From assembly GCA_963797095.1 (NCBI GenBank), contig CAWCNY010000005.1:320001-384000 (forward strand): a stretch of DNA of 64,000 nt. Direction: 5' to 3'. This document shows positions 1-8,839 of this stretch, piece by piece (position 1 is the stretch's first letter; every line of letters starts with the position of its first letter). This DNA is from an uncultured Chloroflexia bacterium (GTDB lineage: Bacteria; Chloroflexota; Chloroflexia; QHBQ01; JADMIH01). The translations under genes were made by a program, and so were the position numbers. Under the pieces are notes generated by a model. That model did not search any database. It saw nothing but the letters and a program-made list of their open reading frames with translations, and had not been told where the DNA came from.

Positions 1-416
1 CACAGCCCAAACAGAGCAAAGTGGTCCAGATTCGTCGTAAATCCATAGCTCTCAAGCAAACTGGCCCGTAAAGGCTCCAACAATCGGTCATCCACCTCGA
101 TCCGCGCATGGCATCGCTCGCAAATCAAATGGTGGTGCGGCTTGCCCAGCAACTCGTACTCCAGCCTGCCGCTTCCCAGATCGGTCACTGCCACCATCCC
201 CAGCGCGCTCAACAACTCCAGAGTCCGGTATACCGTAGTCTTATTCGTCGAAGGATGTAGAGCCTGCACCTCGGCCAGTATCTCATCACCGGTCAAATGC
301 CCAGCATGCGCCGCCAGCACCTTCACCACGGTCAATCGCCGTGGCGTCAGCCTGTAGCCCTTTGCCCGCAACTCCCTATCAACTTCGGCAGTCTTATTCT
401 TCGTTTCCAAACCCAT
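1..416 (-). CDS. Fur-family metal-responsive transcriptional regulator (3' end runs off the window)
   Basis: Not in the ORF track; translated by hand from ATG at 416: MGLETKNK...GYRLTPRRLTVVKVL...HLTGDEI...TTVYRTLELL...HHHLICERC...LFGLC. TVYRTL, HHHxxCxxC and the final GxC are Fur/Zur/PerR hallmarks. GAGG precedes the start. Confidence 0.93.
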   Translation of the reverse strand, partial: MGLETKNKTAEVDRELRAKGYRLTPRRLTVVKVLAAHAGHLTGDEILAEVQALHPSTNKTTVYRTLELLSALGMVAVTDLGSGRLEYELLGKPHHHLICERCHARIEVDDRLLEPLRASLLESYGFTTNLDHFALFGL

Positions 417-607
417 GTTTCCTCGACCCTCTACCACAAGTATACCAGAGCCATCATATCGCCCAAAGATTGCGCCACAGGCCTCTGCGCCAACACCGGG
501 CACCTCAGCAATATAGGGGTGATGCATGCCTCGCCCAATCCGGTCAAACCAGGCAGTGATCCTGGTTCATAAGAGACAAATGACCCCCCATTCCAGGCTG
601 ACGATAT

Positions 608-636
608 TTGACAGTGCGGAGCCGCGCAAGTATAAT
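608..636 (+). promoter_or_regulatory. sigma70-type promoter of the tRNA gene
   Basis: Perfect TTGACA (608-613), 17-bp spacer, TATAAT (631-636); 32 nt upstream of the tRNA. Confidence 0.9.
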
Positions 637-668
637 TATTGGGCGTGCGCGCCCAATCCAGCACGTAT

Positions 669-743
669 GGCGAGGTAGCTCAGCGGCAGAGCAGGGGACT
701 CATAAGCCCTTGGTCGTGAGTTCAAATCTCACCCTCGCCACCA
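669..743 (+). tRNA. tRNA with CAT anticodon (probably elongator tRNA-Met; Ile2 not excluded)
   Basis: GGCGAGG/CCTCGCC acceptor stem, TAGCTCAG...AGAGC D-arm, CT-CAT-AA anticodon loop, GTGAG-TTCAAAT-CTCAC T-arm, encoded CCA. The G1-C72 pair argues against initiator tRNA. Confidence 0.95.
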
Positions 744-771
744 AACAGCGAATCGTTCTAAATGCACGCAC

Positions 772-800
772 AAAAAGAGGCTCCAGTGGGCCTCCTTTTC
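772..800 (+). terminator. Probable intrinsic terminator between the tRNA and the convergent integrase
   Basis: AAAAA-GAGGCTC-cagt-GGGCCTC-CTTTTC hairpin with A-run and T-run flanks. Confidence 0.65.
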
Positions 801-804
801 ATTC

Positions 805-824
805 TTGGTCACAATTAGGTCACA
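805..824. repeat. Integrase arm-type site candidate (left)
   Basis: TTGGTCACAATTAGGTCACA; 19/20 identical to 3254-3273. Confidence 0.7.
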
Positions 825-826
825 CA

Positions 827-1367
827 TCATCCACCAAGCAACCTGTCGAGCCGGTCGGCGGCTTCTCGCTGCATATCCATCGAAACATGGCTATATCTGC
901 CCATCGTAATATTGATATTTGCGTGACCTAATCGCTCCTGCACGATCTTTGGGTGCTCTCCGTTTGCCAGCATGAGAGTAGCGCAGGTGTGACGCAGGTC
1001 GTGGAAGCGTATGCGTGGCACACCTGCCTTATCAGAGAGTAGGTGGAAATGCCTGACCAGCGTGTTCGGGTGGATAGGATAGCCGTCCGCTCTCGCAAAA
1101 ACAAGGTCAATGTCATTGTCTGCTGATCCTAATCCTAGACGGTGCTCGGCCTGTTGTGCGTGGTGTTTGCGCAGGCTCTGCACCACCGATGCCGACAGAG
1201 CAATCGATCGCTTACCTGCTATGGTCTTTGGTTCGCCGAAGACCAGAGTACCGTCGCTGGCACGACTCAGAGTTGAGCGTACGGCTAGGACGCGCCGCGC
1301 AAGATCCACATCTGCCCAACGTAGGGCTAGTATTTCACCCTGTCGCATTCCAGTAGCTACGGCCAAT
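827..1367 (-). pseudogene. Tyrosine integrase, C-terminal catalytic half only
   Basis: ATGMRQGE (R), PKT (K), FHDLRH (HxxR), LGH and RYSHV (Y) motifs. Homology stops at the IS3 left end and the N-terminal half is absent from the window. Confidence 0.9.
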
Positions 1368-2510
1368 TGGGATTCCCCAAGAGAAGTGGACATGAGAAAG
1401 ACTCTGATCCACAATATGGAGGAAGACCTAGATGATGCCTAACAACCATAACAAGCCACAAGCACTAAAGCCGAGCCAACCCAGCCAACCCAGCAAAATG
1501 CCTCCCAAGAAAACCTACACCCGCGAATTCAAGCTTGAAACGCTACGCCTGCTCAAAAGTAGCGGCAAGACCAAGGCTGAACTGGAAAGAGAACTCGGCT
1601 TGTACCCCGGCCAGATCCACCTGTGGGAAAAGGCATTCAATAAGGAAGGGGGTAACGTGAACCGCTTGGACCAAGCCTTCCCAGGTACAGGACACCAAAG
1701 CGATGCCGAAGCTGAAGTAAGTAGGCTGAAGCGTGAATTGGAAATCGTTCGTCAAGAAAGGGACATACTAAAAAAAGCCATTGCCATCTTCTCCAAGACG
1801 CAAGACCAGGACTAAAGTTCGCCTTTATTCACAAGCACAGAGGACAGTACGAACTCCAGATAATGTGCAGAGTACTCCAAGTATCCAGAGGCGGATACTA
1901 CACATGGGTCAAGCGTCAGGACGAGCCGCCTTCCCGAAGACAGATGGCTAATCAACAGCTAACAGCGGCAATCCAATCCATATTCACAAGGAGCAGAGGC
2001 ACGTATGGAGCACCAAGAATGCATGCTGAACTGAACGCAACAGGCACACCATGCAGCCTAAACCATGTAGCCCATCTTATGCGTAAAGCAGGCATCAAAG
2101 CTCGCAGACGCCGCACGTACAAAGTAACCACCACACTTTCCAAGCACAACTACCCGGTTGCTCCCAACACTCTGAACCGCCAGTTCTGGGCTCAAGGACC
2201 AAATCAAAAGTGGGTCGGGGACATAACTTATATAAAAACGAGTGATGGGTGGCTGTATTTGGCGGCCATGCTGGACATCTACTCACGCAAGGTAGTGGGT
2301 TGGTCAATGGACAAGCACATGGAGGAAGAGTTGGTGTCGTCAGCCTTGCAGATGGCAACTGCTCATCGCCGGCCTGCAGGAGTGGTGCTGCACCACACAG
2401 ACCGAGGCAGTCAATATGCATCAACCGGATATCAACAACTGCTGAAGCACAATAATATGGAAGGAAGCATGAGCAGAAAAGGGGATTGTTATGACAACGC
2501 CATAATGGAG
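1368..2510 (+). mobile_element. IS3-family element, right end missing
   Basis: Begins TG...AAGTGGACA (IS3-type left IR). orfA/orfB arrangement with an A7G slippery site at 1770-1777. orfB breaks after DNAIME. Confidence 0.88.
1432..1815 (+). CDS. IS3 transposase OrfA (HTH)
   Basis: YTREFKLE...RLKRELEIVRQERDILKKAIAIFSK; may start at the later ATG (1498). Confidence 0.88.
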   Translation: MMPNNHNKPQALKPSQPSQPSKMPPKKTYTREFKLETLRLLKSSGKTKAELERELGLYPGQIHLWEKAFNKEGGNVNRLDQAFPGTGHQSDAEAEVSRLKRELEIVRQERDILKKAIAIFSKTQDQD

Positions 2511-2531
2511 GTGCGACCCGTTCTCACATAA
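1770..2531 (+). pseudogene. IS3 transposase OrfB (rve/DDE), C-terminally truncated
   Basis: The -1 frame is open from the A7G site. Contains WVGDITY, HTDRGSQY and GDCYDNAIME, then diverges to VRPVLT-stop instead of SFFxxLK. Confidence 0.88.
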
Positions 2532-2543
2532 TTGTCGTTATTG

Positions 2544-3038
2544 CTACCCAACAATAGGAGCAATAGCGACTCGAATGTGAGACTGGGGAGGATGGATGCC
2601 GACCATTCTCCCTTGATAACTTGGTATTCGATGTGGGATGAGGTCTAGGTGCGGTCTAGTCCAATTCCCCTCCCTTGAGATGAACAAGGAAATGCCCCAC
2701 CCACATGGGTGCGACTGACCATCAAATCTGTGCGGTGCATGGGTGGAACGCAAGGGCTTGCCCCAGGCGCGTTCCAATTCGACCATTGTTTTGTGTGGCT
2801 CCAAAGGCATTATCCAAATATCGAAGAGCAATTCTAGTTCGCTCTCCTTCTCACCGGGGATAAGGCGCGCAACCACGATCCCGCCATAGTCTATCAGGGA
2901 TTCAGGCTTGACATCCCAAGAGCACGCAAGAATTCCGCCAACAATCGGCTCTATCCTTCTCAGGGCCATATGGAGCCAACGGAAAAAGCCGTGCACAGTA
3001 ATATCCAAAAGGTAAATGTCTGAGGAAGGCTGCCGCAT
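2544..3038 (-). CDS. Hypothetical protein (cargo of the integrative element)
   Basis: 164-aa ORF with an upstream GGAG; no recognisable motif. Confidence 0.35.
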   Translation of the reverse strand: MRQPSSDIYLLDITVHGFFRWLHMALRRIEPIVGGILACSWDVKPESLIDYGGIVVARLIPGEKESELELLFDIWIMPLEPHKTMVELERAWGKPLRSTHAPHRFDGQSHPCGWGISLFISREGNWTRPHLDLIPHRIPSYQGRMVGIHPPQSHIRVAIAPIVG

Positions 3039-3253
3039 ACTATAGGCTCGCTCCGACCTCTAGCAATGGAAAACCCCGGCCTAACTGATACCAGCAGTCA
3101 GATCAGGGTTCTGCAAAATTAGTATACTATCTTTTGGGGAGCTACACCTGGTATCTGTAGCCGTCTCTAGGCACAATTTTAGCACATTAGTTCTCAGAAT
3201 GGAAGCCCTAAGCGCGTACAAGTGCCCAATCCTATGAGCAATTCCGCCATTTT

Positions 3254-3273
3254 TTGGTCACAATAAGGTCACA
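3254..3273. repeat. Integrase arm-type site candidate (right)
   Basis: TTGGTCACAATAAGGTCACA, about 115 bp inside the right att core. Confidence 0.7.
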
Positions 3274-3441
3274 AGCAATATGAAATGACCTTCGACAAGG
3301 TGGTATGAGATGGGATATGAGCCTAACGAATAGGCACGAAATGGGGTTAAAAACAGTCAGAAAGGTTGAGAGCTTGGATACCCTTGATAATCTCACCCTC
3401 GCAAGCACTGCTTATGATTATGCGAGAAAGGAGTAATTGCC

Positions 3442-3855
3442 ACGGCTTGGTACGCAGCCCATATTGTGTCTTACGCAAAGTTCAAAGACGGGGTTCAGGA
3501 CAGATTCCCTGTGTGGGAGAATATTGTCTTGATAGAAGCGGAAACTGATGAAGAGGCTTTTACAGATGCGGAACTTATAGGCAGGGATAATTACGATGAT
3601 ACGATGGGCGAGGATAGTGGGGCCATGACCTTTGATGGTCGACTCGTATATTGGGCTTTTGCCGGAGTACGTAAGCTTAGTAGATGCACACCTATCGCGA
3701 AAATTCAAGCAGAAGCAAATATATTTGCAACTGACCCCGACTTCAGGCCAGGGCATGGGACAGAAGTCACATATTTAGATTTGGAGCTTAGAACCCAGGA
3801 AGAGCTAACGAAGTTTGTCGATGGAGAACCGGTTACGGTACTCTATGAAAGATAA
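3442..3855 (+). CDS. DUF4288-like acidic protein; natural start appears to be ACG
   Basis: In-frame (T)AWYAAHIVSY...WENIVLIEAETDEEAF..A...G pattern resembles DUF4288. AAGGAG lies about 8 nt before ACG-3442 and there is an in-frame TAA at 3433. Confidence 0.6.
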   Translation, partial: TAWYAAHIVSYAKFKDGVQDRFPVWENIVLIEAETDEEAFTDAELIGRDNYDDTMGEDSGAMTFDGRLVYWAFAGVRKLSRCTPIAKIQAEANIFATDPDFRPGHGTEVTYLDLELRTQEELTKFVDGEPVTVLYER

Positions 3856-4242
3856 TGTGCGCAGCAGGAACTGGAGTATTCTGCTCAAATTGGCTATCCC
3901 TATCCCTATTTTGCTGAACAAGGTGCTGAGTTCGAGCACTCTATCTACAACCCTTTCGGCTACACAGGAGCCTGACCCGAACGCTGAGAACACTAGAGGC
4001 AGGCTAAGTCCACACCAACGAACCATACGCCCTCAACTCTTGGTATTCGGTCCAACAGGCAGGTTCGTAAGTGTTCTATTATATAAGAGCGTCACTTTAT
4101 CTAGCTCTCGCGCCCGGTTATCTTCTCAATCGTGTGGGTGCTCCTCCGTGTTGCACCCACCGGCGGACCGACACAAAGGCCATAGTTGCGGCCACGCTCG
4201 GCAGCATTCACCCGGCAGGGTTGCGACGGAAAGGAGATGAGG

Positions 4243-4881
4243 ATGTTCCGCACTCATACAGATCCTACTATTGAGATGATGCAAGCCCTGGGGTTCACAC
4301 AAGACGATCTGGAGAATAACCGCAAAGGCCAACTCTCAGTCTCACAACGCGAGCAAATGGCCCTCAGGAAGCAATCGGCTATCAGGACTGGGCAAAGGGC
4401 CTCAAAGAGTACACCCCTGGTCATGCTCTACGTGATCGTGGTTCTTGGCATAATAGCTGTTGCGTTCATATCTACCGGTTCGTTCCAATATGTGCAAGAC
4501 GCTCTGGGCGAGTGGGCGATTCCTGCAATGATTGGCATAGCTGCATTGATACTTCTGATCGTGATAAGGATCCCCCGCCAGTTCCAGCGATCTGTGGCCG
4601 AATATAATCAGGGAGCCGCCAGTATGCCGCTCGACTATGTAGTGCTCTCTGTAATGGGCGAGATGAAGGTCAGAACCCGCTCGTTCGGGAGTAACGTTGA
4701 AACTCCCGACACTGTTACCCTCTATTACCTCAATGTAGGAGGTAAGGATTTCTCAGTTTCGGAATCCAGGTACAAAGCGCTCAAGAACGCCATCAACAGA
4801 GGCGCTGTGTACAGACTCTACTATGCCGAGTATGGAAAAACGACCTTCATACTCAGTGCGGAAGCGGCTGGTAACCGGTAA
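4243..4881 (+). CDS. Hypothetical membrane protein (two TM helices)
   Basis: AAGGAG at 4231-4236. ALGFTQDDLENNRKGQLSVSQRE N-terminus, two hydrophobic segments, C-terminal YRLYYA...ILSAE. Confidence 0.75.
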   Translation: MFRTHTDPTIEMMQALGFTQDDLENNRKGQLSVSQREQMALRKQSAIRTGQRASKSTPLVMLYVIVVLGIIAVAFISTGSFQYVQDALGEWAIPAMIGIAALILLIVIRIPRQFQRSVAEYNQGAASMPLDYVVLSVMGEMKVRTRSFGSNVETPDTVTLYYLNVGGKDFSVSESRYKALKNAINRGAVYRLYYAEYGKTTFILSAEAAGNR

Positions 4882-4944
4882 CGATTCCACCAATTCCATC
4901 ACTGGGCATATGCTGCTTAGCTCGACTGATCTGAAAATCGTGGC

Positions 4945-6260
4945 TCAAGCTGCCTCAACCACGGGGGCCAGTGTCACCTGGAAGCCGAGTCTTTCAATCT
5001 GCTTCGCCAACCTTCTTGCGGTGGCCTCTGGTCTGCGCTTCTCGAAGTAATCAGCTCCCAACTCTCGATAGGGCTCCTTACGAAGGATAACATGGTAAGC
5101 TATCACCAAAATCGAATGAGCTACCGCCACCAAAGCCCGCTTGTCCCCACGTCTGGTGACCAACCGCCGGTACTGGGCCGCCAGGTACGTCCCTCTGGTG
5201 CGTACCGCCGCCCGTGCTGCTTGCACAAGTCCCACCCGAAGCCACGCGTCTCCTTTGCGCGTCTTGCCCGACCGCCTCTTACCCGCACTCTCGTTGTTCC
5301 CAGGTGCCACTCCCGCCCAGGCTGCCAGGTGTCCGGCCGTCGGGAAACGGGTCATGTCCGTCCCGATCTCGGCCACCAACATCTCAGCCACCAACATCTC
5401 AGCCACCAACATCTCAGCCACCAACATCTCAGCCAACTCCCGCCCTACACCCGGGATTGTATCAAGCAAGCTGATCACCTCTTCGTTCCCATCAGCCTGA
5501 CACGCTGCGCGGATCTCGTCATCAAAGTGGTCAATCGTTTCGTCCAGAGAGTCGATCTGGCACAACAACTCGGTCAACAGGAAGCGGTGATGAGGTCGCA
5601 CTCTGCTTCTCAAGGCCCCTTCCAATTCGGAGCGTTTGCTGCGCAGCCTCCCCACCGCCAAACTGGCAAGCACTTTGGCATCGGTTTCGCCACTGATGAT
5701 GGCCGTAAGGATCGCCCGCCCCGACACACCCATCACATTGGTAGCTACATCGCCCAGCTTGAGGTTAGCTCCCTCACGTCCTTCGTCCTCAGCACTTTCT
5801 GCACACGGTTCACCAACGTAGCTCGCTGGCGCACGAAGTTGGTGCGCTCACGGGTCAAGTCTCGCAAGTCACGCTGAGATTGTGGTGGGATGAAGGAGGG
5901 CTGCACTAAACCATGACGCAGCAAATCAGCCAACCACTCGGCGTCTTTGACATCTATCTTGCGGCCAGGCAGCTTCTTTACGTGCTGGGCATTGAGTACC
6001 CAGACAGTGAAATTGCCTTCCAACAGGTTGAAGATGGGTTTCCAATAGACCCCGGTGCTTTCGAGGGCTACATGTGTCACTCCCCCCTCGCTCAACCAGT
6101 CACTGAGATGCAGCAATTCGGGGATGGTGGTGCCAAAGGAGCGGGTCTGGGTCTCGCTGTGAGGCGACACAGTGGACCCTGCAAGCATTCGACACGCTAC
6201 CACACTTTGTTTATGCACGTCCAATCCAGCGCAGCGCTCAAACATTACGTTCATCGCCAA
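4945..6260 (-). pseudogene. IS110 recombinase, frameshifted
   Basis: N-half has GLDVHK, LESTGVYW, GRKIDVKDA; C-half has TIPGVG, AWAGVAPGNNESAGK, AVAHSIL. A 14-nt insert (AGGACGAAGGACGT on the minus strand, about 5776-5789) breaks KVL|EGANLKLGDVATNVMG. Confidence 0.92.
5372..5431. repeat. 15-bp tandem repeat x4 (AEMLV) inside the IS110 recombinase
   Basis: GCCACCAACATCTCA at 5372, 5387, 5402 and 5417. Confidence 0.97.
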
Positions 6261-6302
6261 TACCTCCTGAGTTCATTGAGCTCAACAAGGGCGAGTTGTC
6301 GA

Positions 6303-6494
6303 GGCTGGATATCGGCGGGGAGGAGGATACCCGATGGATCAGAAACTGATCTACGCGCTTCCAGCTTCCATTGCACAGAGTGGGCCGTGGAAAACGGAGC
6401 AGCAAATGGTGGTGCTTGCGGGTATCCGGGTCAGTCTTTGTATCAGGCTCATAGCACCAAGTCGAGGCGACCGCATGGTTCGCCGAATCCATCC
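6303..6494 (-). ncRNA. Candidate IS110 bridge RNA
   Basis: Closing stem 6303-6317/6481-6494; perfect 9-bp stem 6325-6333/6419-6427. Guide-like matches to the target at 6436-6442 and 6459-6466, and to the element end at 6346-6352. Confidence 0.8.
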
Positions 6495-6679
6495 ATTGCT
6501 AGCATACATCTATACACCCATTTTCATCCGGGGTGGTGACCGTGACCCGGGGGTCATGGCGTCTTTGTACAAAAATGAAGGGAGGTGAGGACGGGTACAA
6601 CGGGTAAAGGGACCCGCAAACCCTTTGTTGTAAGATGGAAGTCTACCACAACACCATCTGAAAACAAGGAGAACTCACG

Positions 6680-7515
6680 ATGTCCCTACCCGACCCGATT
6701 ATACAGATTCTGCTCCATTTCCGACCAGTTTTCACTCGTCCTACCTGGCAAAAGGCTTTGGTATTGGTGGTCGGTACTATCCTGGCGCGTGGTCGACGTA
6801 CCGTAACAGCGGCCCTCAAGCAGATGGGCTTGCAAGACGAGGAGGACTTCACTCTGTTCCATCAGGTGCTCAATCGAGCAAGCTGGTCCTGCCTGACACT
6901 GAGTCGTTTGCTGCTCCAATTGCTGGTTAGCACCTTTGTTGGTGCTGGAGGCACAGTCCACATTGCTATTGACGAAACGCTGGAAAGAAGATGGGGCCGC
7001 AAAATCACCAAGCGTGGTCATTACCGAGACGGCGTACAATCGAGTAAGGAGCAATCGGTCTCAACAAGCGGGTTGCGCTGGGTGGTAATGATGCTGGTAG
7101 TACAAGTACCCTGGTCAAGTAGAGAGCGGGCTCTTCCTTTCTTCTCGGTGCTCGCGACTACTCCTAAAGTGAGCGGTGGACCATAGAGGTGACCTTTGAA
7201 GAGAGCCGAGCGCACCTGGGAGTGGAAACGCAACGGCAATGGTCAGACCTGGCAATTGAGCGCAGTACACCCTGCCTACTGGGCATGTTCAGCCTGGTTG
7301 CGCTATTTGGAAAGGCCCTGCACCCAGACGGCAAAGTGCCGGTACAGCGCACGGCGTGGTACGCCAAGAGGGAGGCTACCTTCTCTGATGTGTTAGCCGC
7401 CGTCAGGCGTCATTTGTGGGGCAACTTCACTTTTCAGACATCCCCAACAGACCCTGATGTCTGTTTAGTCCCACGCTCACACGTGGACAGGCTCGCTTAC
7501 GCGGTCTGCTATTGA
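6680..7515 (+). pseudogene. IS701-like DDE transposase with a large internal deletion and frameshift
   Basis: N-part FTRPTWQKALVLVVGTILARGRRTVTAAL...IDETLERRWGRKI is joined near 7172 to the C-part RWTIEVTFEESRAHLGVETQRQWSDLAIER in another frame. Confidence 0.88.
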
Positions 7516-7597
7516 ATTGGTAATGTACAAAGTCGAGCTTAGAGCCTTATAATCTTAGCAGCAGCCATGCTACCTCTCACAATGCAAGGAGCCTGAT

Positions 7598-8689
7598 ATG
7601 GTCGATTTGACCGATTTCAAGTTCGAACCTGACCTGGCACACGCATTCACCCTTCCGGCCCGCTGGTATATCTCCCCGGAGTTCCTGAGCCTTGAAAAGG
7701 ACAAGATATTCAACCGATCATGGCAGGCGGTAGGCCGTATTGACGAAGTGGTCCGCATAGGTGACTTCTTTACCTGCGAGGTACTGGGTGAACCCCTGGT
7801 TGTCACGCGCGGCACTGATGGCATATTGCGTGCCTTCTACAACGTATGCCGCCATAGAGCGGGTAATGTTGCAGCCGGAAAAGGCAACCGCAAATCGCTC
7901 CAATGCCGCTATCACGGCTGGACTTATGCACTGGATGGCCGCCTGATGACCACCCCGGAGTTTGAGGGGGTGCAGGATTTCGACAAGAGTTGCTACGGAC
8001 TACACCCTGTGCAAGTAGATACATGGGGGCCATTCGTTTTCGTCAACCTGGACCCCGATGCGGCACCCCTTACTGCCACCCTGGGTGTAATCCTGGACGA
8101 GACGGCCCATATCCCACTGGCCGAAATGCGCCCAGTGGAGAGGCGTGACTACATCATCGACTGCAACTGGAAGGTCTACATCGACAATTATCTGGAAGGC
8201 TACCACCTTCCCATTGCCCACCCTGGCCTTTACCGCGAGCTAGACTACGAAAACTACAAGGTGGAGACGCACAGATACCACTCGCGCCAGTTAGCCCCAC
8301 TTCGCCCTGTCACAGGCAGCAGCGCGGGACGCCGCTACGCTGAGGTACGAGCCGACGACGAGGTACTTTACTACTGGATCTTCCCCAACTTCATGGTCAA
8401 TATCTACCCTGACAACATGTCGTCCAACATCATCCTCCCCCTCGGCCACGAGAAGACCCTCACTATCTTCGAGTGGTATTTCCATGAGCAGGGCGGAGGC
8501 GAGGCCTGGGAAGGCGTGCAGCAGGCAGTAGCCTTCAGCGACGAGATTCAGCAGGAAGATATCGTCATCTGCGAGAATGTGCAGCGTGGGCTGGCATCAC
8601 GCGTCTACGACCAGGGGCGGTTCTCCATCAAGCGAGAAAACGGCGTGCATCACTTCCACTCCCTGGTGCATGAGTACCTGACAAGTTAG
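7598..8689 (+). CDS. Rieske non-heme iron oxygenase alpha subunit (choline monooxygenase/CntA-like)
   Basis: CRHRA...CRYHGW Rieske motif; NWKVYIDNYLEGYHLPIAH and EDIVICENVQRG mononuclear-iron motifs; AAGGAG RBS. Confidence 0.92.
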   Translation: MVDLTDFKFEPDLAHAFTLPARWYISPEFLSLEKDKIFNRSWQAVGRIDEVVRIGDFFTCEVLGEPLVVTRGTDGILRAFYNVCRHRAGNVAAGKGNRKSLQCRYHGWTYALDGRLMTTPEFEGVQDFDKSCYGLHPVQVDTWGPFVFVNLDPDAAPLTATLGVILDETAHIPLAEMRPVERRDYIIDCNWKVYIDNYLEGYHLPIAHPGLYRELDYENYKVETHRYHSRQLAPLRPVTGSSAGRRYAEVRADDEVLYYWIFPNFMVNIYPDNMSSNIILPLGHEKTLTIFEWYFHEQGGGEAWEGVQQAVAFSDEIQQEDIVICENVQRGLASRVYDQGRFSIKRENGVHHFHSLVHEYLTS

Positions 8690-8810
8690 AACTGCTTCGC
8701 ACCTGACCGAACGTGGCTGGCGGCAGGTGGGAATGGTCCTTGAGCATTCTTAGCGCGCATGCCAGAATATAACCCTGCCATGGGGCTTGCCGAGCAAAAG
8801 TGTAGTCCGG

Positions 8811-8839
8811 TTGCCACATGGGTCGATCTATGCTACAAT
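8811..8839 (+). promoter_or_regulatory. sigma70 promoter of the left glycan operon
   Basis: TTGCCA, 17 bp, TACAAT with a TG extension. Confidence 0.7.

Larger units (their letters stand above)
725..3402. mobile_element. Degenerate integrative element inserted in the tRNA 3' end
   Basis: 14-bp direct repeat AATCTCACCCTCGC at 725-738 (tRNA 3' end) and 3389-3402. Integrase gene adjacent to the tRNA. Paired GGTCACA arm-like repeats near both ends. Confidence 0.8.
4926..6564 (-). mobile_element. IS110-family element
   Basis: DEDD/Tnp20 recombinase gene plus a ~300-bp upstream non-coding end. CT core dinucleotide at both junctions (4926-4927, 6563-6564); no TSD or terminal IR. Confidence 0.92.
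4921..7537 (+). mobile_element. IS701-like element (internally deleted) whose left IR is split by IS110
   Basis: Right IR TGTACAAAGTCGAG (7524-7537). Left IR CTCGACTTTGTACA reconstituted from 4921-4927 plus 6565-6571. 5-bp target duplication CTTAG at 4916-4920 and 7538-7542. Confidence 0.9.

Noticed and set aside
5092-6588. Plus-strand ORFs over the IS110 (261, 208 and 84 aa)
   Set aside because: They are antisense to the recombinase or overlap the structured RNA region and have no recognisable domains.
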